DNA of 64,000 bases from the IMG/VR virus record IMGVR_UViG_3300047157_000073, positions 59,704-123,703 of that record; one strand, written 5' to 3'. The position numbers and the translations under genes were made by a program. The notes beneath the pieces were generated by a model that saw only the letters and a program-made list of their open reading frames with translations, was not told the origin of the DNA and ran no database searches. This document shows positions 42,672 to 53,253 of the stretch, one piece after another; within the stretch, counting starts at the first letter, position 1; each line of letters starts with the position of its first letter. The DNA comes from a virus.

Positions 42672-42954
42672 AATAATAGAAACAGGTGAACAGTATGATG
42701 AGATTATGAAAATCTCTGAAAAAGATGATTATCTAAAAAATAATCCACAAGTTAAACCAGTATTTACAGCACCTAATTTTGTAGGTGACCATATTATTAA
42801 AAAAATGGATGGTGGTATGAAAGAAACTTTACAGAAAATTGCAGACAAGAATCCAAATACACCTCTTTCAGACAGATTTTCTAGAAGGTCTTCAAAGGAT
42901 ATACAGAAAGAAAAAGTCGTTAAGAAGTATAATTTAAAAGACACCATAGTATAA
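42652..42954 (+). CDS. FmdB-like protein lacking the zinc-binding cysteines
   Basis: MPTYTF...TGE...YLKNNP. Confidence 0.6.
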   Translation: MPTYTFEIIETGEQYDEIMKISEKDDYLKNNPQVKPVFTAPNFVGDHIIKKMDGGMKETLQKIADKNPNTPLSDRFSRRSSKDIQKEKVVKKYNLKDTIV

Positions 42955-43360
42955 ATAGTGTTGTGATATAACCAATTTAATAGATTATACACAGGGGATT
43001 AACTTATGGATTAGTTAATCCCTACTTTTATAGGTTAGTATTATGAAAATGAGAAATTTTGTACAAAAATATTTGAAAAAATTCTGTAAATCAAAAGTTG
43101 AAAAAGACAGAAAAAAAGAATTTAAAAAAGGTTATGTAAAACACAAAGGTATGGCAGATGGCTAAACCAGAAGTGAATGATATGATTGAACACTCTGAAC
43201 CTACATTTGATAGAGTGGTCACAGGAAAAGGTGACTGAATTATTAGATTCACAGTTCATTTATGAAGTTCATAAGGTGTAGAAAAAGGTAGAGAAAAAAT
43301 ACCTGTTGATAAAACAAGCACAAGAATGTGTATGTTTGATGAAATATGGAGTAAGATTTA

Positions 43361-44069
43361 ATGTCTAAAAAGAAAGAGATACATTCTGGTGATTTGGTAA
43401 AAATTGAACCAATCACAGATAATCAAAAATTAGTATTTGAAGGTAACAAAGCAGGAAAGAATGGTTTCTTCTTTGGATGTGCTGGAACAGGTAAAACATT
43501 TGTGTCATTATACTTGGCACTACAAGATGTTCTTAAACATGGAACATCATTTGATAGAGTTGTAATAGTTCGTTCACTCATACCGACAAGAGAAATAGGA
43601 TTTCTTGCCAGGTGATGAAGAAGACAAGGCAGCATTATATCAAGTGCCATATGCAAACATGGTACAGTTCATGTTCAAACAACCTAATGAAGATGCATTC
43701 AGAGGATTGTATGATGCACTTAAAAGACAAGGAAGTCTACATTTTGTTTCTACTTCATTTTTGAGAGGTTTAACTTTTGATAACTCAATCATTATAGTTG
43801 ATGAATGTCAAAACTTAAACTTTCATGAATTAGATACTATCATCACAAGAGTTGGACAAGATTCAAAAATAGTTTTCTGTGGTGATTTTAGTCAAACAGA
43901 TTTAACTAAAACAAATGAAAGAAATGGACTACATGACTTTTTAAGAATACTAGAAAACATGAATGAGTTTAATTGTGTAGAATTTGAGATACCAGATATT
44001 GTAAGGTCAGGTTTTGTAAGAAATTATTTAATTGAAAAAACTAAACTTGGTATAGGTGTGGACTTGTAA
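43361..44069 (+). CDS. phoH: PhoH-like ATPase (frameshift near 43605)
   Basis: GCAGTGKT, IGFL/PG, RGLTF, DECQN, GD..QTDL, DIVRSG. Confidence 0.93.
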
Positions 44070-44070
44070 A

Positions 44071-44515
44071 ATGAAAATTAGTCAAGAGGGATTGGCTCTC
44101 ATTAAAAAGATTTGAAGGTTGTAGATTAGAAGCATACAAATGTTCTGCAAATGTATTGACTATAGGTTATGGACATACTGGTGGAGTAAAAGAAACTGAT
44201 ACTATAACACAAGAAGAAGCTGATGAATTATTAGAAAAGGATGTTTTAAAATTTGAAGAATATGTAGAAGACAATGTAATCGTTGAATTAGACCAAAGTC
44301 AGTTTGACGCATTAGTTGCATGGACATTTAATTTAGGCCCTGGTAATCTAAGAGAATCAACAATGCTAAAAAAATTAAATGATTCTGATTATGCATCAGT
44401 TCCTAGTGAAATGAAAAGGTGGAATAAAGCAGGTGGTAAAACATTAGATGGTTTAATTAGAAGACGCAATGCAGAGGCATTATTATTTCAAAGTAAAGAG
44501 TGGCATCAAGTATAA
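44071..44515 (+). CDS. GH24 lysozyme/endolysin (frameshift near 44108)
   Basis: FEG.RL.AY.C....TIGYGHT, QFDALV...FN.G, GL.RRR.AE. Confidence 0.92.
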
Positions 44516-44518
44516 ATT

Positions 44519-45163
44519 ATGACATTATTAGATTTTCCTGTTTTAAGTACAAAAACAGTTGACAAAAAAAGATTTTATGTGACACCAGAGGGTAATGAAT
44601 ATCCCTCTATCACTACAGTTCTATCACCTAGAAACAAAGAGGGTTTGATGAAGTGGAGAAAGAGAGTTGGTGAAAAGGTTGCAAATCACATATGCAATAA
44701 GGCTGCAACTAGAGGAACAAAAGTTCACAAAATGTGTGAAGATTATCTAAATGGATTAGATATGGAACATCACAAAAAAGATTTTTTACCATATTGTTTG
44801 TTTAATGAGTTGAAAGATAAGACTTTTGACAATATAAATGAGGTAATTGCACAAGAGGTAACTTTATATTCTGATAAATATAAAGTAGCAGGAAGAACAG
44901 ATTTGATAGCAAATTATAGACATGAGTTATCAATCGTAGATTTTAAAACATCTACAAATGAGAGAAAGGATTCTTATAATGAAAATTATTATATTCAAAC
45001 TGCAGCATATGCTGAGATGTTTGAGGAGTTGACAGGTCAACCTATCAATCAAATAGTAATTTTAGTTGTAACAGAGAATGGTACAGTACAAGAGTTTATA
45101 AAAGATAAACAAGAATACTTACCATTATTAGAAGAAACATTAGAGGAGTGGTATCAATCATGA
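44519..45163 (+). CDS. PD-(D/E)xK exonuclease
   Basis: YPSITTVL, RGT.VH, AGRTD, DFKTS, Q..AYA. Confidence 0.9.
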   Translation: MTLLDFPVLSTKTVDKKRFYVTPEGNEYPSITTVLSPRNKEGLMKWRKRVGEKVANHICNKAATRGTKVHKMCEDYLNGLDMEHHKKDFLPYCLFNELKDKTFDNINEVIAQEVTLYSDKYKVAGRTDLIANYRHELSIVDFKTSTNERKDSYNENYYIQTAAYAEMFEELTGQPINQIVILVVTENGTVQEFIKDKQEYLPLLEETLEEWYQS

Positions 45164-45486
45164 ATGTAACTTGGACAGAAAGTGCGGCAAATCAAGCAAA
45201 GGTAATTTTGGCAGGTGAAGGAGATGATAAATTAAATGTTCGTTGTTTCATACAAGGCGGCGGTTGCTCTGGTTTTCAATATGGTTTCACATTAGATGAA
45301 CAGAAAGAAGATGATTGGGTATTCGAAACAAATGGTGCCAAACTATTGATAGACCCATTGTCTGGTGTTTATTTTAAAGATGCAACCATTGATTATGTAA
45401 ATGACCCATTACAAGGTTCTATGTTTACAATAAACAATCCAAATGCAAAATCAACCTGTGGTTGTGGAAGTAGTGCAGCATTCTAA
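45160..45486 (+). CDS. erpA: A-type Fe-S carrier (ErpA/IscA/HesB)
   Basis: GGGCSGFQYGF, NPNAKSTCGCGSS. Confidence 0.92.
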   Translation: MNVTWTESAANQAKVILAGEGDDKLNVRCFIQGGGCSGFQYGFTLDEQKEDDWVFETNGAKLLIDPLSGVYFKDATIDYVNDPLQGSMFTINNPNAKSTCGCGSSAAF

Positions 45487-45623
45487 ATATGCGATTAGTA
45501 ATATCATTACTAGATGTCCTATTAATTATCTTTCTCTTAGTGATGATGATGCAATACATGTAGATAATACTTGACAAACAATGTTATACCTAGTATAATG
45601 GTTTTAAATAATTGGAGTATATT

Positions 45624-45920
45624 ATGGAATTAAATAGAGATGGCGATGGGTTTCTCATCAACACTAGTGACTGGTCAGAAGAAGTCATGTATCAAATGGC
45701 AGAATCTGATGGCATGGAAATCACCGAAGAAATCAAAACTTACATAGACAGAGCAAGAGAAATGTACAATGAAACAGGTACAGTTCCTGCTGTTCGTAAT
45801 TTTGCAAAAGAATTTGGAATGGATAGAAAGGCAAGTAAATTATATGATGTCTTTAAATCAGGCCCAATGAAAAAGATTGCAAAATATGGGGGATTACCAA
45901 AACCAACAGGTTGTGTCTAA
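45624..45920 (+). CDS. tusE: TusE/DsrC-family sulfur relay protein (single C-terminal Cys)
   Basis: DGDGFL...DWS, GP...AK..GLPKPTGCV. Confidence 0.88.
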   Translation: MELNRDGDGFLINTSDWSEEVMYQMAESDGMEITEEIKTYIDRAREMYNETGTVPAVRNFAKEFGMDRKASKLYDVFKSGPMKKIAKYGGLPKPTGCV

Positions 45921-46153
45921 TGGCAGATGATAAAAACACAGTACACACACCTAAAACATTTTCACTAGAAATAGAAAAAATTGCATTTAATAAAAGATGT
46001 ACACATCTTGATGCAATATCTATCTATTGTGAGAAGGTAGGTATTGAACCTGTATCAGTCGCAAAATTATTAACAAAAAGTTTAAAAGAAAAAATAGAGG
46101 CAAATGCCAGAGATTTAAATTATCTTCCTAAGGCAGCAAAATTACCTATGTAA
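45920..46153 (+). CDS. 33: Late transcription coactivator gp33
   Basis: F..EIE, DAI..YCE, L.K.LKEKI..A..LNYL; synteny with gp59. Confidence 0.88.
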   Translation: MADDKNTVHTPKTFSLEIEKIAFNKRCTHLDAISIYCEKVGIEPVSVAKLLTKSLKEKIEANARDLNYLPKAAKLPM

Positions 46154-46719
46154 TGCAACCAATAGATGCGTATTTAATGTATTGTGCTATGAAAGCACAT
46201 TTTGATAAAAGTGATTATGACTTTGTAAAGTACAATGGTAAATCTAAAGTATCAAGAGATTCATTCTATAAAAGAAATGATAGAATTTTTTTTGTTAAAT
46301 TAACTCGTAAGTATAAAAGTAAACAAGATATACAAGACTACTTACTGGCTAATTTCTTAGTTCATCCAAAAGGTTGGGTAGGTAAGTTTGATGAAGATAA
46401 TTATATACAATGGCAAAAGAAAATACAAAGTTTAAGTTATACATTTAAATCAGAGATTGAACCTATATTAGATTCAAAACTTATTGCGGTATCTAAAAAT
46501 ACACATCCTAAATTACTAAAAGAATATCTAGGTAAAAGAATATCACTAGAGAGCATGGTAATATTAGATTCAATACTAGGATTTAGTCATGTATGGAATG
46601 TTAAACTTGAAGAAGACTATGCATGGAAAGATGTATATAAACTTATGGATAATTACAAAAGTTTTTTAAAATTTGATACAACAAAATTTAAATTTGTTTT
46701 AAAACAATTAATGTTATGA
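46153..46719 (+). CDS. 59: Helicase loader gp59
   Basis: Y.A.K.HF...YDF.KY.GK, F.KR.D..FF.KL. Confidence 0.9.
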   Translation: MQPIDAYLMYCAMKAHFDKSDYDFVKYNGKSKVSRDSFYKRNDRIFFVKLTRKYKSKQDIQDYLLANFLVHPKGWVGKFDEDNYIQWQKKIQSLSYTFKSEIEPILDSKLIAVSKNTHPKLLKEYLGKRISLESMVILDSILGFSHVWNVKLEEDYAWKDVYKLMDNYKSFLKFDTTKFKFVLKQLML

Positions 46720-47267
46720 GTAAAAAATATATAGATTTATATAAACAGTATCATCAAGAACACACAGAATATGGAAGTGGTGGTGGACTAAAATTTTATT
46801 TAAATTATGTGGTTGATTTAGTTCGTGATACTAAATCAGAAACTATACTTGATTATGGTTGCGGTAAGGCAGAGGGTTATCTAAAATATAATCATCATAA
46901 ACATTGGGGAATTATGCCAGAGTTATATGACCCTGCAGTAGAAGAATTTAGTAAATTACCAGAGGGTAATTTTGATGGTATAATATCTTTTGATGTATTA
47001 GAACATATACCAGAAGAAGAAGTACCACAAGTAATTAAAGAAATATTTGAAAGAGCAAATAAGTTTGTTTTTTTAGGAATAGATACAAGTCCTGCTGAAG
47101 ACATATTACCAAATGGAGAAAATGCACATTGCACACAAAAACCATTAGAGTGGTGGGTGGACATGATTAAAACACATGGTAAAAAAGTTTACACTCATGT
47201 TATGACAAATGGTCAGTATGAGGGATACGAAATATTAAATGATGAATTATATTTTGAAATGTTATGA
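46716..47267 (+). CDS. Class I SAM-dependent methyltransferase
   Basis: LDYGCGK, YDP, DVLEHIP, NAH.T....WW. Confidence 0.82.
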   Translation: MSKKYIDLYKQYHQEHTEYGSGGGLKFYLNYVVDLVRDTKSETILDYGCGKAEGYLKYNHHKHWGIMPELYDPAVEEFSKLPEGNFDGIISFDVLEHIPEEEVPQVIKEIFERANKFVFLGIDTSPAEDILPNGENAHCTQKPLEWWVDMIKTHGKKVYTHVMTNGQYEGYEILNDELYFEML

Positions 47268-47548
47268 AAAGACCTGACGGAATAGATTGGTACATAAAAT
47301 GGTTTGCAAGTATAGTCTTAATTATAGGTGCTGCCACTACGGCTATGGATATGTATCCATATAATATGTATTTTCAATTTACAGGTATTACGGGTTGGTT
47401 AATAGTGGGCTGGATATGGAAAGACTGGTCATTGATAGTTGTTAACATAGTAGGTTCATTAATACTACTTGCTGGAATTATACATTATCATTTTTATACA
47501 GATTGGATGTTAAAAGTTTATGAATATCATTTGGAGGCCTTATTATGA
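47264..47548 (+). CDS. Small membrane protein (DUF6552-like)
   Basis: WYIKW.AS, YP.N, GW..VG..W.D..L...N. Confidence 0.65.
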   Translation: MKRPDGIDWYIKWFASIVLIIGAATTAMDMYPYNMYFQFTGITGWLIVGWIWKDWSLIVVNIVGSLILLAGIIHYHFYTDWMLKVYEYHLEALL

Positions 47549-48352
47549 AAGCATTAGTTTATGGAAATGGTGAATCTAGAAAAGATTGGAATGTAAATAA
47601 ATCTTACAAGGGATTTACTACATGGGGATGTAATGCAATTTACAGAGATTGTAAAGTTGACAATTTAGTTGCTATTGATTATGAGATACAACAAGAAATA
47701 TACAAGTCTGGTTATCCAATTAAAAACAAATGTCATTTTGCAGATTGGTCAATACTAGAGGGTTTTGACCCAGAGTTTATAAAAGAAGGTTTTTCACCAT
47801 TAAACATATTTGAAACACCAAAAAGAAATGATGGTGGTGGTTATGGTTGGTATGATAGGAAAAATTGTGTAGTTCAAGGAAAAGAATATGAAACTGCAGA
47901 AAAAAATTATCAACAAATGATTAATCAATTTCCACATTTAGATAAAGAAGATGTAAAAAGAAAATGTTTTAAAAATGTAGGTCTTTACATTACATGGGTA
48001 GAAGATAAAGATAAAGTAAACAATATAGAATTTCCTAGAAATTGGTGTGCAGGAGCAACTGCATGTACATTTAACATGTCAAGAAGGTGCTGATGAAGTA
48101 TACATGTTAGGATTTGACCTGAGTGATTATGATGAACCTATTAACAATATTTACAAAGGAACAGATAATTACTTATCATCTGATTCAAAAGGATTTAATA
48201 CTGATAAGTGGGTAAGTCAATTAATACAAGTGTTTAAAGAATTTGATGAAACACAATTCTATTGGGTAGTAAATGAAGATGCTAGTCCTTTAGTTTGTAA
48301 TAATGTGCAAAGTATTACCTATAAAGACCTTGACAAAAGATGTCAAATATAG
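47545..48352 (+). CDS. Conserved hypothetical protein upstream of gp32 (frameshift near 48065)
   Basis: GNGESR, GCNAIYRD, Y.LGFD, NN.YKGT.NY. Confidence 0.7.
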
Positions 48353-48444
48353 TATAGTAGCAAGATTAACTATTATAAATAGTTATGTATTGAAAGATAC
48401 ACATATAAACATACGATAATATAATAACATACGGAGAAAAAATT

Positions 48445-49330
48445 ATGTCATTAGATAGTCTAAAAAGCAGTGGGTCACTTAATAAGTTGTTAGATGCAGC
48501 AAAAGGTGAATCTGCTCCCCAAGAGAAAAAATCATATGTAGATGAAAGGTTGTGGAAACCAGAACTAGATAAGTCTGGTAATGGATACGCAGTCATTCGT
48601 TTTCTACCTGCCATTAGTGGCGAAGACCTACCATGGGCAAAAGTATGGAATCATGCTTTTCAAGGCCCAACAGGTCAATGGTATATTGAAAACTCTCTTA
48701 CAACACTCAATCAGAAAGACCCTGTATCAGAACACAATACAGCATTGTGGAATACAGGTTTAGAATCTGACAAAGAGATTGCTCGTAAACAGAAAAGAAA
48801 ATTACAATACTTCTCAAACATTTATGTAGTAAGTGATACGAAACACCCAGAGAACGAAGGTAAAGTATTCTTGTTCCGTTACGGAAAGAAAATCTTTGAT
48901 AAGGTAACTGCAGCAATGTCACCAGAGTTTGAAGATGAAAAGGCAATCAACCCATTTGATTTTTGGGAAGGTGCTAACTTCAAACTTAAAAATCAGAAAA
49001 GTAGATGGTTATTGGAACTATGATAAATCAGAGTTTGAAGATACATCAAAACTTTTTGAGGATGATTCTGAAGCAGATAAAGTTTGGCAAGCACAACACT
49101 CTCTTAAAGAGTTTACTGCGGCTTCAAACTTCAAATCTTATGATGAGTTAAAAACCAGACTAGATGCAGTGCTTTCTGGTACTGTAAAAGTTGGTAATGT
49201 TGCTGATGATTTAGATGATGCACCTGTTGCAAAACCTAAAGTTGATACAAAACCTGTGGCTACAAAAGTGGAAACACCTGTAGTTGAGGAAGATGATACA
49301 TTAGCATACTTTGAAAAACTAGCTGAGTAA
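48445..49330 (+). CDS. 32: ssDNA-binding protein gp32 (frameshift near 48990)
   Basis: D.R.WKP..DK.GNG.AVIRFLP, YGKKIFDK, NYD.S.F, acidic tail. Confidence 0.96.
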
Positions 49331-49338
49331 TCTATCGA

Positions 49339-49368
49339 GTGCCTCTATTCTATAGGGGCACTTTTCTT
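49339..49368 (+). terminator. Rho-independent terminator
   Basis: GTGCCTCTAT...ATAGGGGCAC then TTTTCTT. Confidence 0.8.
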
Positions 49369-49401
49369 GTATAATTCTATACAATCCTTATAAATACATA
49401 C

Positions 49402-49959
49402 ATGGCAAGAAGTAAATATATCCAAAGTGTCTTAAAGGCAGCAGGTGGTAGACCTAAATCAACACAATGGTTTCGTGATAAAATCAAAGAGTTTGGTACC
49501 CCAAAGTCTGCTGATTTGATTCGTGATGGTAAAAGAACATCAACACCTACCTTTGGTCTACTAAATATGTTTGTATATGACCCTAAACTAAAAGAGAAAT
49601 TACCATATTATGATACATTTCCTTTAGTATTACCTATTGAAAAATATAGTAATGGATTCTTAGGAATCAATATGCACTATCTGTCTATGCCTATAAGAAT
49701 TAGATTATTAGATAGATTAGTGGATTATAGTAATAATGATAAGTTTGATACTTCTACAAAATTAAATGTAGATTATAGTCGATTAAAAAAGATAGACTTA
49801 ATTAAACCTTGTTTAAAAAGATATTTAGCAAGTAATGTTAAGACACAATTTAGAAAAGTAGAGGCAGATGAATTTATGGTTGCAACACTATTACCTGTAC
49901 AGAGATTTAAGAAACAGTCTGATAGTCATGTATTTGCAAAATCAAGAGGAATGATATAA
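49402..49959 (+). CDS. 2: DNA end protector gp2
   Basis: YDPK.K..LPYYD.FPL, G.N.HYL. Confidence 0.88.
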   Translation: MARSKYIQSVLKAAGGRPKSTQWFRDKIKEFGTPKSADLIRDGKRTSTPTFGLLNMFVYDPKLKEKLPYYDTFPLVLPIEKYSNGFLGINMHYLSMPIRIRLLDRLVDYSNNDKFDTSTKLNVDYSRLKKIDLIKPCLKRYLASNVKTQFRKVEADEFMVATLLPVQRFKKQSDSHVFAKSRGMI

Positions 49960-50689
49960 TGGCATTTTGGAAACAGTTTAATAGAGGCAGGTACTTCATC
50001 AGTATTAAATGAATTACTTGCACCTTTACGAGATGACAATGGAATGGCAATGCCATCTAGGTATGAAGTATTATTTTTACCACCATCAGGGACTAGAGGA
50101 ACATCAACAGGTGCTTCTACAAATCTATTCTCACAAGTATTGCTTGGACAAGTAGGTGGACAAGAACAAAGAGAAGTAGGATATCAATGTAGTTCGATAG
50201 CATTTCCACCTCGTGGTATCGACACAACACCAGATGAAAACATTTATGGCCCTGTAAGAAAAATTGCAAATGGTGGATACACCTATGGTAAATTACTGGT
50301 AAGTTTTATTGTCATAATGACATGAGAGAAAAGATATTTTTTGAAACATGGCAAAGACTTGCTTATAACCCACAAACATTTGCTGCTGGTTATTATGATG
50401 ATTATGTTGGTACTATACAAATATATTCTTTAGACCAAGATGGTAACAGAAGATATGGATGCGAATTAGTCGAGTGTTTCCCAACAGATATCGCTGAACA
50501 AGCATTAGATGCTAGTCCAGCAACTACGGCACAAGAGTAGATGTAACTTTTAGTTATAGATATTGGAAGAATTTAACAGATGAAGGTTCTCTACCGAAAC
50601 CTTTATTAGATAGATTGCAAGGAGTACTTGCAAATCAGGTAGAAAGACAACTACTAAATAGAATACCAAAAGTATTAAGAAAATTATAA
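49959..50689 (+). CDS. Tail-tube-fold protein (gp19/gp54-like), frameshifted
   Basis: RYEV, ER.FFE.WQ, YYDDY.G.I.I..LD, L.ECFP, V.FSYRYW. Confidence 0.75.
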
Positions 50690-50706
50690 TTAAGGAGTGA
50701 AAAATT

Positions 50707-51413
50707 ATGGCTTTACCTAAACTTGAAACACCAGTTTATACTTTAAACATGCCTTCAACAGATGAAGAAGTGAAGTATAGACCTTTCCTAGTGAAAGAAC
50801 AAAAAAGAATGATGATGGCAGAAGAATCTAAAAATATCAAAGAGATTGTTGATGCAGTAAATCAATTAATAAGCTGATTGTACTTTTAATAAAGTAGATA
50901 CTAAAAAGATTCCTATGTTTGATGCAGAGTATATCTTTTTAAAAATAAGAAGTAAATCTGTAGGTTCAAAAATAGATATAAAAGTAACTTGCCCAGATGA
51001 CAAAAAAACACAAGTTCCTGTTAGTATTGATTTAGATGATATTAATGTTGGTATGGTGGAAGAACATTCAAATGAAGTACAACTTACAGATGAATTAAAA
51101 TAGTTTTTAAATATCCACTTTTAAATACATTTGCAAAGTATACAAGTGGAAGTGATGCTACTAAAATGATTTTTGATTTAACAGCAGATTGTATTGAAGA
51201 AGTGCATTTCAAAGAAGAAATAACTCACAAGGTTGATATGTCAAAGAAAGACTTAGATGAGTTTATTGAATCACTTTCTACAGAACAATTTACAACATTA
51301 GCAAAATTCTTTGAAACTATGCCAAGACTTAGACATAGAATAGAGGTAACTAACCCAAAAACAGAAGTCACTAGTGAGTTATGTTAGAGGGTATAGAAAG
51401 TTTTTTAGAATAG
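50707..51413 (+). CDS. 26: gp26-like baseplate hub assembly protein (indels)
   Basis: MALPKL.TP.Y.L..PST...YRPFLVKE, FD.EYIFL.IR.KSVG, FFETMP.L, LEG..SF. Confidence 0.88.
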
Positions 51414-51431
51414 GGCTCTCTCACGAGAGCC
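51401..51431 (+). other. Predicted -1 ribosomal frameshift signal
   Basis: T TTT TTA heptamer in the gp26 frame, 6-nt spacer, hairpin GGCTCTC-TCAC-GAGAGCC. Confidence 0.7.
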
Positions 51432-51600
51432 TAAAAAATTACTACGAAAGTAATTTTGCACTCATGCAACATCATAAATACTCTTTAACAGAGTTAGAAA
51501 ATATGATACCTATGAAAGAGAAATATATATAGGTTTATTAATAAAACATATTAAGGAAGAAAACGAAAGAATAGAGAAAGAGAATGCAAAACGAAACTAA
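51407..51600 (+). CDS. 51: gp51-like module in the -1 frame relative to gp26
   Basis: LSHESLKNYYESNFALMQHHKYSLTELENMIP..REIY. Confidence 0.8.
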
Positions 51601-51879
51601 AAAAGTAAACATAGAACTAGAAGTAGACACAAATGTTGTAGATTCTAGTAAAAACAAATATCAATCATGGATAGATATGGCAAAAGCTGTGGATGCATGG
51701 AGAATATTCCCACGACTATTTTTAACAGTATATATTATATTGTTATACAAATGTGTTATTTGGTATATGAATCTTGGAGCTCTGCTCCAACTATGGAACA
51801 ATCTGGGACTTTAATAAGTATCGTTGTAGGTGCTGGTGCAGCATGGTTTGGACTATACACAGGAACAAGTAAAAAATAA
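51584..51879 (+). CDS. Small two-TM membrane protein (frameshifted)
   Basis: DAWRIFPR.F, W.M.L..PT.EQ.G, VVGAGAAWFGLY. Confidence 0.65.
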
Positions 51880-52779
51880 TGGCTGATGATGATACACCGC
51901 CATCAGCTAAGGCAGAAAAAGAAGATGATAAGAAAAAAAATCAACAAACATTAGTAGAATTACTTGGTGGTATAGGTGATGGTATAAACAATTTATTTGA
52001 TAATGCCAAGAATTTTATAAAAGACCAATCTATGGTCAGTCAGGGAGTACTTGCTGGACTAGGACTTTATGCACTTTCAGAATTTATACAATCAGACTTT
52101 GCTCTAGACATGATAACCACTGTTATTTCTTCACTAACAGCGTTATTTGGTGACATAGAAGAATTATCAAAAGATTTTACAGTAGGTGGATTAATTGATG
52201 TAGTTAAGAATAATTTCCTTACACTTATTGGTATACTTACAGCATTAGCACCTAAATCAATGTTTAATTTAGCAAAAAAAGCAATTATGGGAACAGCAGG
52301 ATTTTTTGATAAATCAATAAAATTTTATAAAGATGATGGTATTAAAAAGTCTTTTGCAAATATTGGCACACAATTTGAAAGTTTTAAAGATGGTCTTAAA
52401 TCATTTGGTAAAAATATAAAAAATGGTCTTAAATTTATAAGGAGAGGTGGTCTTGATGCAATGATAAAAAGAACTTATACTAGTATGGCTACAAGTATGG
52501 GTGGTGCATTTAAATATATTAGAGTTATGACTAAATTAATGTTTAAAAAATTAAGAATATTAAAGAAAATGATTGCAACTAAAGGATTTTTTCCAATGTT
52601 AAATTCAATATGGTTATCAGCATTAAAAAAGTGTTGCATTATTGGCAAAGGGATTAACTAGTTTGATAATTACACCAATTAAATTTTTGGCGGCCGCAAT
52701 TTTTGCAAATCCAATCGCAGCTGCAATTCTTGCTGTTGTTGGATTATTTACTTACATTGCAGCCAAGCTGGCTAACTAG
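51879..52779 (+). CDS. Tape-measure-like (gp29 position) helical protein, unusually short
   Basis: Amphipathic Gly/Phe-rich helices, ANPIAAAILAVVG; position after gp26/gp51. Confidence 0.5.
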
Positions 52780-53212
52780 GATTTAGATGGTCTTCGGTTA
52801 GTATTTTAAATTCCATATTGTGGTCTAAACAAAATTCAGTTGCTGACTTCCATTTGGCCTTGTTTATACCCCATGTTTTGACTTTGTTATACCAAACACC
52901 TGTTCTTCTTTTAGGATTCCTTTCTGGTGGTGTACATTGATTCTTAGGTTTAACTTCAATGATATACTTTTTGACACTACCATTTTTAGTACGAACTTTG
53001 ACATAGAAATCAGGGAAATATCTATGATAACGACCATCCCATGGTGATACATATGGTATTACCAATTCTTCACTACCCCATTCTATAATAGATTTAGTAG
53101 TATCACAATACTTCATCATCTTCAATTCCCATGATGAACGATACACTATTTCCTTAATATCACCTTGATACTTGGTAGGATATTTGGGTTTAAACTTTCC
53201 TTTATATGTCAT
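52772..53212 (-). CDS. 4: Head completion nuclease gp4
   Basis: YKGKFKP..P.KY.GD, YRSSWE, YFPDF, IEVKP, N.AKW..A. Confidence 0.93.
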   Translation of the reverse strand: MTYKGKFKPKYPTKYQGDIKEIVYRSSWELKMMKYCDTTKSIIEWGSEELVIPYVSPWDGRYHRYFPDFYVKVRTKNGSVKKYIIEVKPKNQCTPPERNPKRRTGVWYNKVKTWGINKAKWKSATEFCLDHNMEFKILTEDHLNPS

Positions 53213-53253
53213 AATCGTTATAAATACTTTAAATTATATAGGACTATTTATAC

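Noticed and set aside
45624-45920. True dissimilatory DsrC
   Set aside because: Second conserved Cys is absent and there is no dsrAB in the window.
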